A stretch of 64,000 nucleotides of DNA, taken from positions 18,538,001 through 18,602,000 of the forward strand of contig CM114271.1 in the NCBI GenBank assembly GCA_050084515.1, read 5' to 3'. Position 1 is the first letter of the stretch. Every line of letters begins with the position of its first letter. The translations under genes were made by a program, and so were the position numbers. Source of the stretch: Blasia pusilla. Taxonomy: Eukaryota. Of this stretch, positions 63,202 through 64,000 are shown piece by piece. The notes under the pieces were generated by a model. That model worked only from the letters and a program-made list of their open reading frames with translations. It did not search any database and was not told the origin of the DNA.

Positions 63202-64000
63202 GTTTGAGTCTAGCTCAACCAGACGCATTGTGTTCGGTTTTTCAGATTACTTTTTTGACAAGCATGGTGCAACATTATCTGGTTGTTGGAAATTCCACAG
63301 TTTAGGCTTAGACCACACGCATAGATATTTGTAATTCCTTTGCAAATGTTCAGCTGGCAACTTTGGAGCTGACCGCAAGTACATATCTTGATATGTTGTC
63401 CTTCCAGAGCAAAAGATCAGTCCTCTGTCAAGGGACTAGAGCACACATGATGATTCCTTCTTTCATGGACCCAGCTGAACGTGCAAGAAATGATACTGAT
63501 AGCCACAGAGACTCTGAAGTACTCTGGAGATGTAAGGAAATCCAGAGCTCTTCCGATAAAGAACTGCAGCCTTTGAAGGTTTGGAGCTTGAGATTTTCTT
63601 TGAACTTTGAGATCAAAGGCATGAATTTATCCGAGAGACAAATGACTGTAGGTAGAAGTCATTTTTTTCATATGCCGCAGGAATGGTTATTGGAGGCATC
63701 TTTTATCCTAGAGTTGGGTGTGATCTGCAAATAGCAATTTAGGAGGCTGGAAGTCTTCTTTGTTAGTTTTACCCCAAGTGTAAGTAATTATTCCTTTGTC
63801 CGACAATGAATTGAAATTGTTGTCCTTGACTGTGTCATCATTGAGGGTTGATCCCATGTTAGTGGGTGAATTTGTAGTCTGTCCTAGTTGACTGGATTCT
63901 GTGGAGGACAAAGGTTTCTTACTGACTTCAGCATCTAACATTTGCAAAGGGGATATGGCTATTTCAAACTTAAGTCTCTAGTGTTGTCTGTGCTGATAAA

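Overview
This is eukaryotic DNA, most likely from a land plant. The transposon families and spliceosomal GT-AG introns suggest a moss or other bryophyte, but that is inference. Positions 1-56 kb are a nest of decayed transposable elements, followed by the 5' part of a spliced host gene on the + strand (about 60.1-63.2 kb). Two transposons each carry a DNA methyltransferase. (1) A Mutator-like (MULE) DNA transposon at about 44515-52070 has a DDE transposase remnant on the - strand. On the + strand it carries a divergent intron-containing gene that joins a ParB/Srx-like domain (IWDGNHR) to the C-terminal half of a bacterial-type N4-cytosine/N6-adenine methyltransferase. Its intergenic DNA and introns hold about 30 copies of the palindrome GCAACCCGTCGGA-N-TCCGACGGGTTGC. 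A second copy of its right arm lies at 1-1628. (2) A Ty3/Gypsy family (four fragments) has a C5-cytosine methyltransferase domain between protease and RT, and a PHD finger after integrase. Also present are a second Gypsy family with 1.25-kb LTRs, a chromodomain-bearing fragment, a Copia fragment, and a 151-bp satellite interrupted by a solo LTR with a 5-bp TSD. All the major transposon genes here are pseudogenised. Domain calls come from motif recognition by eye, not from database searches.
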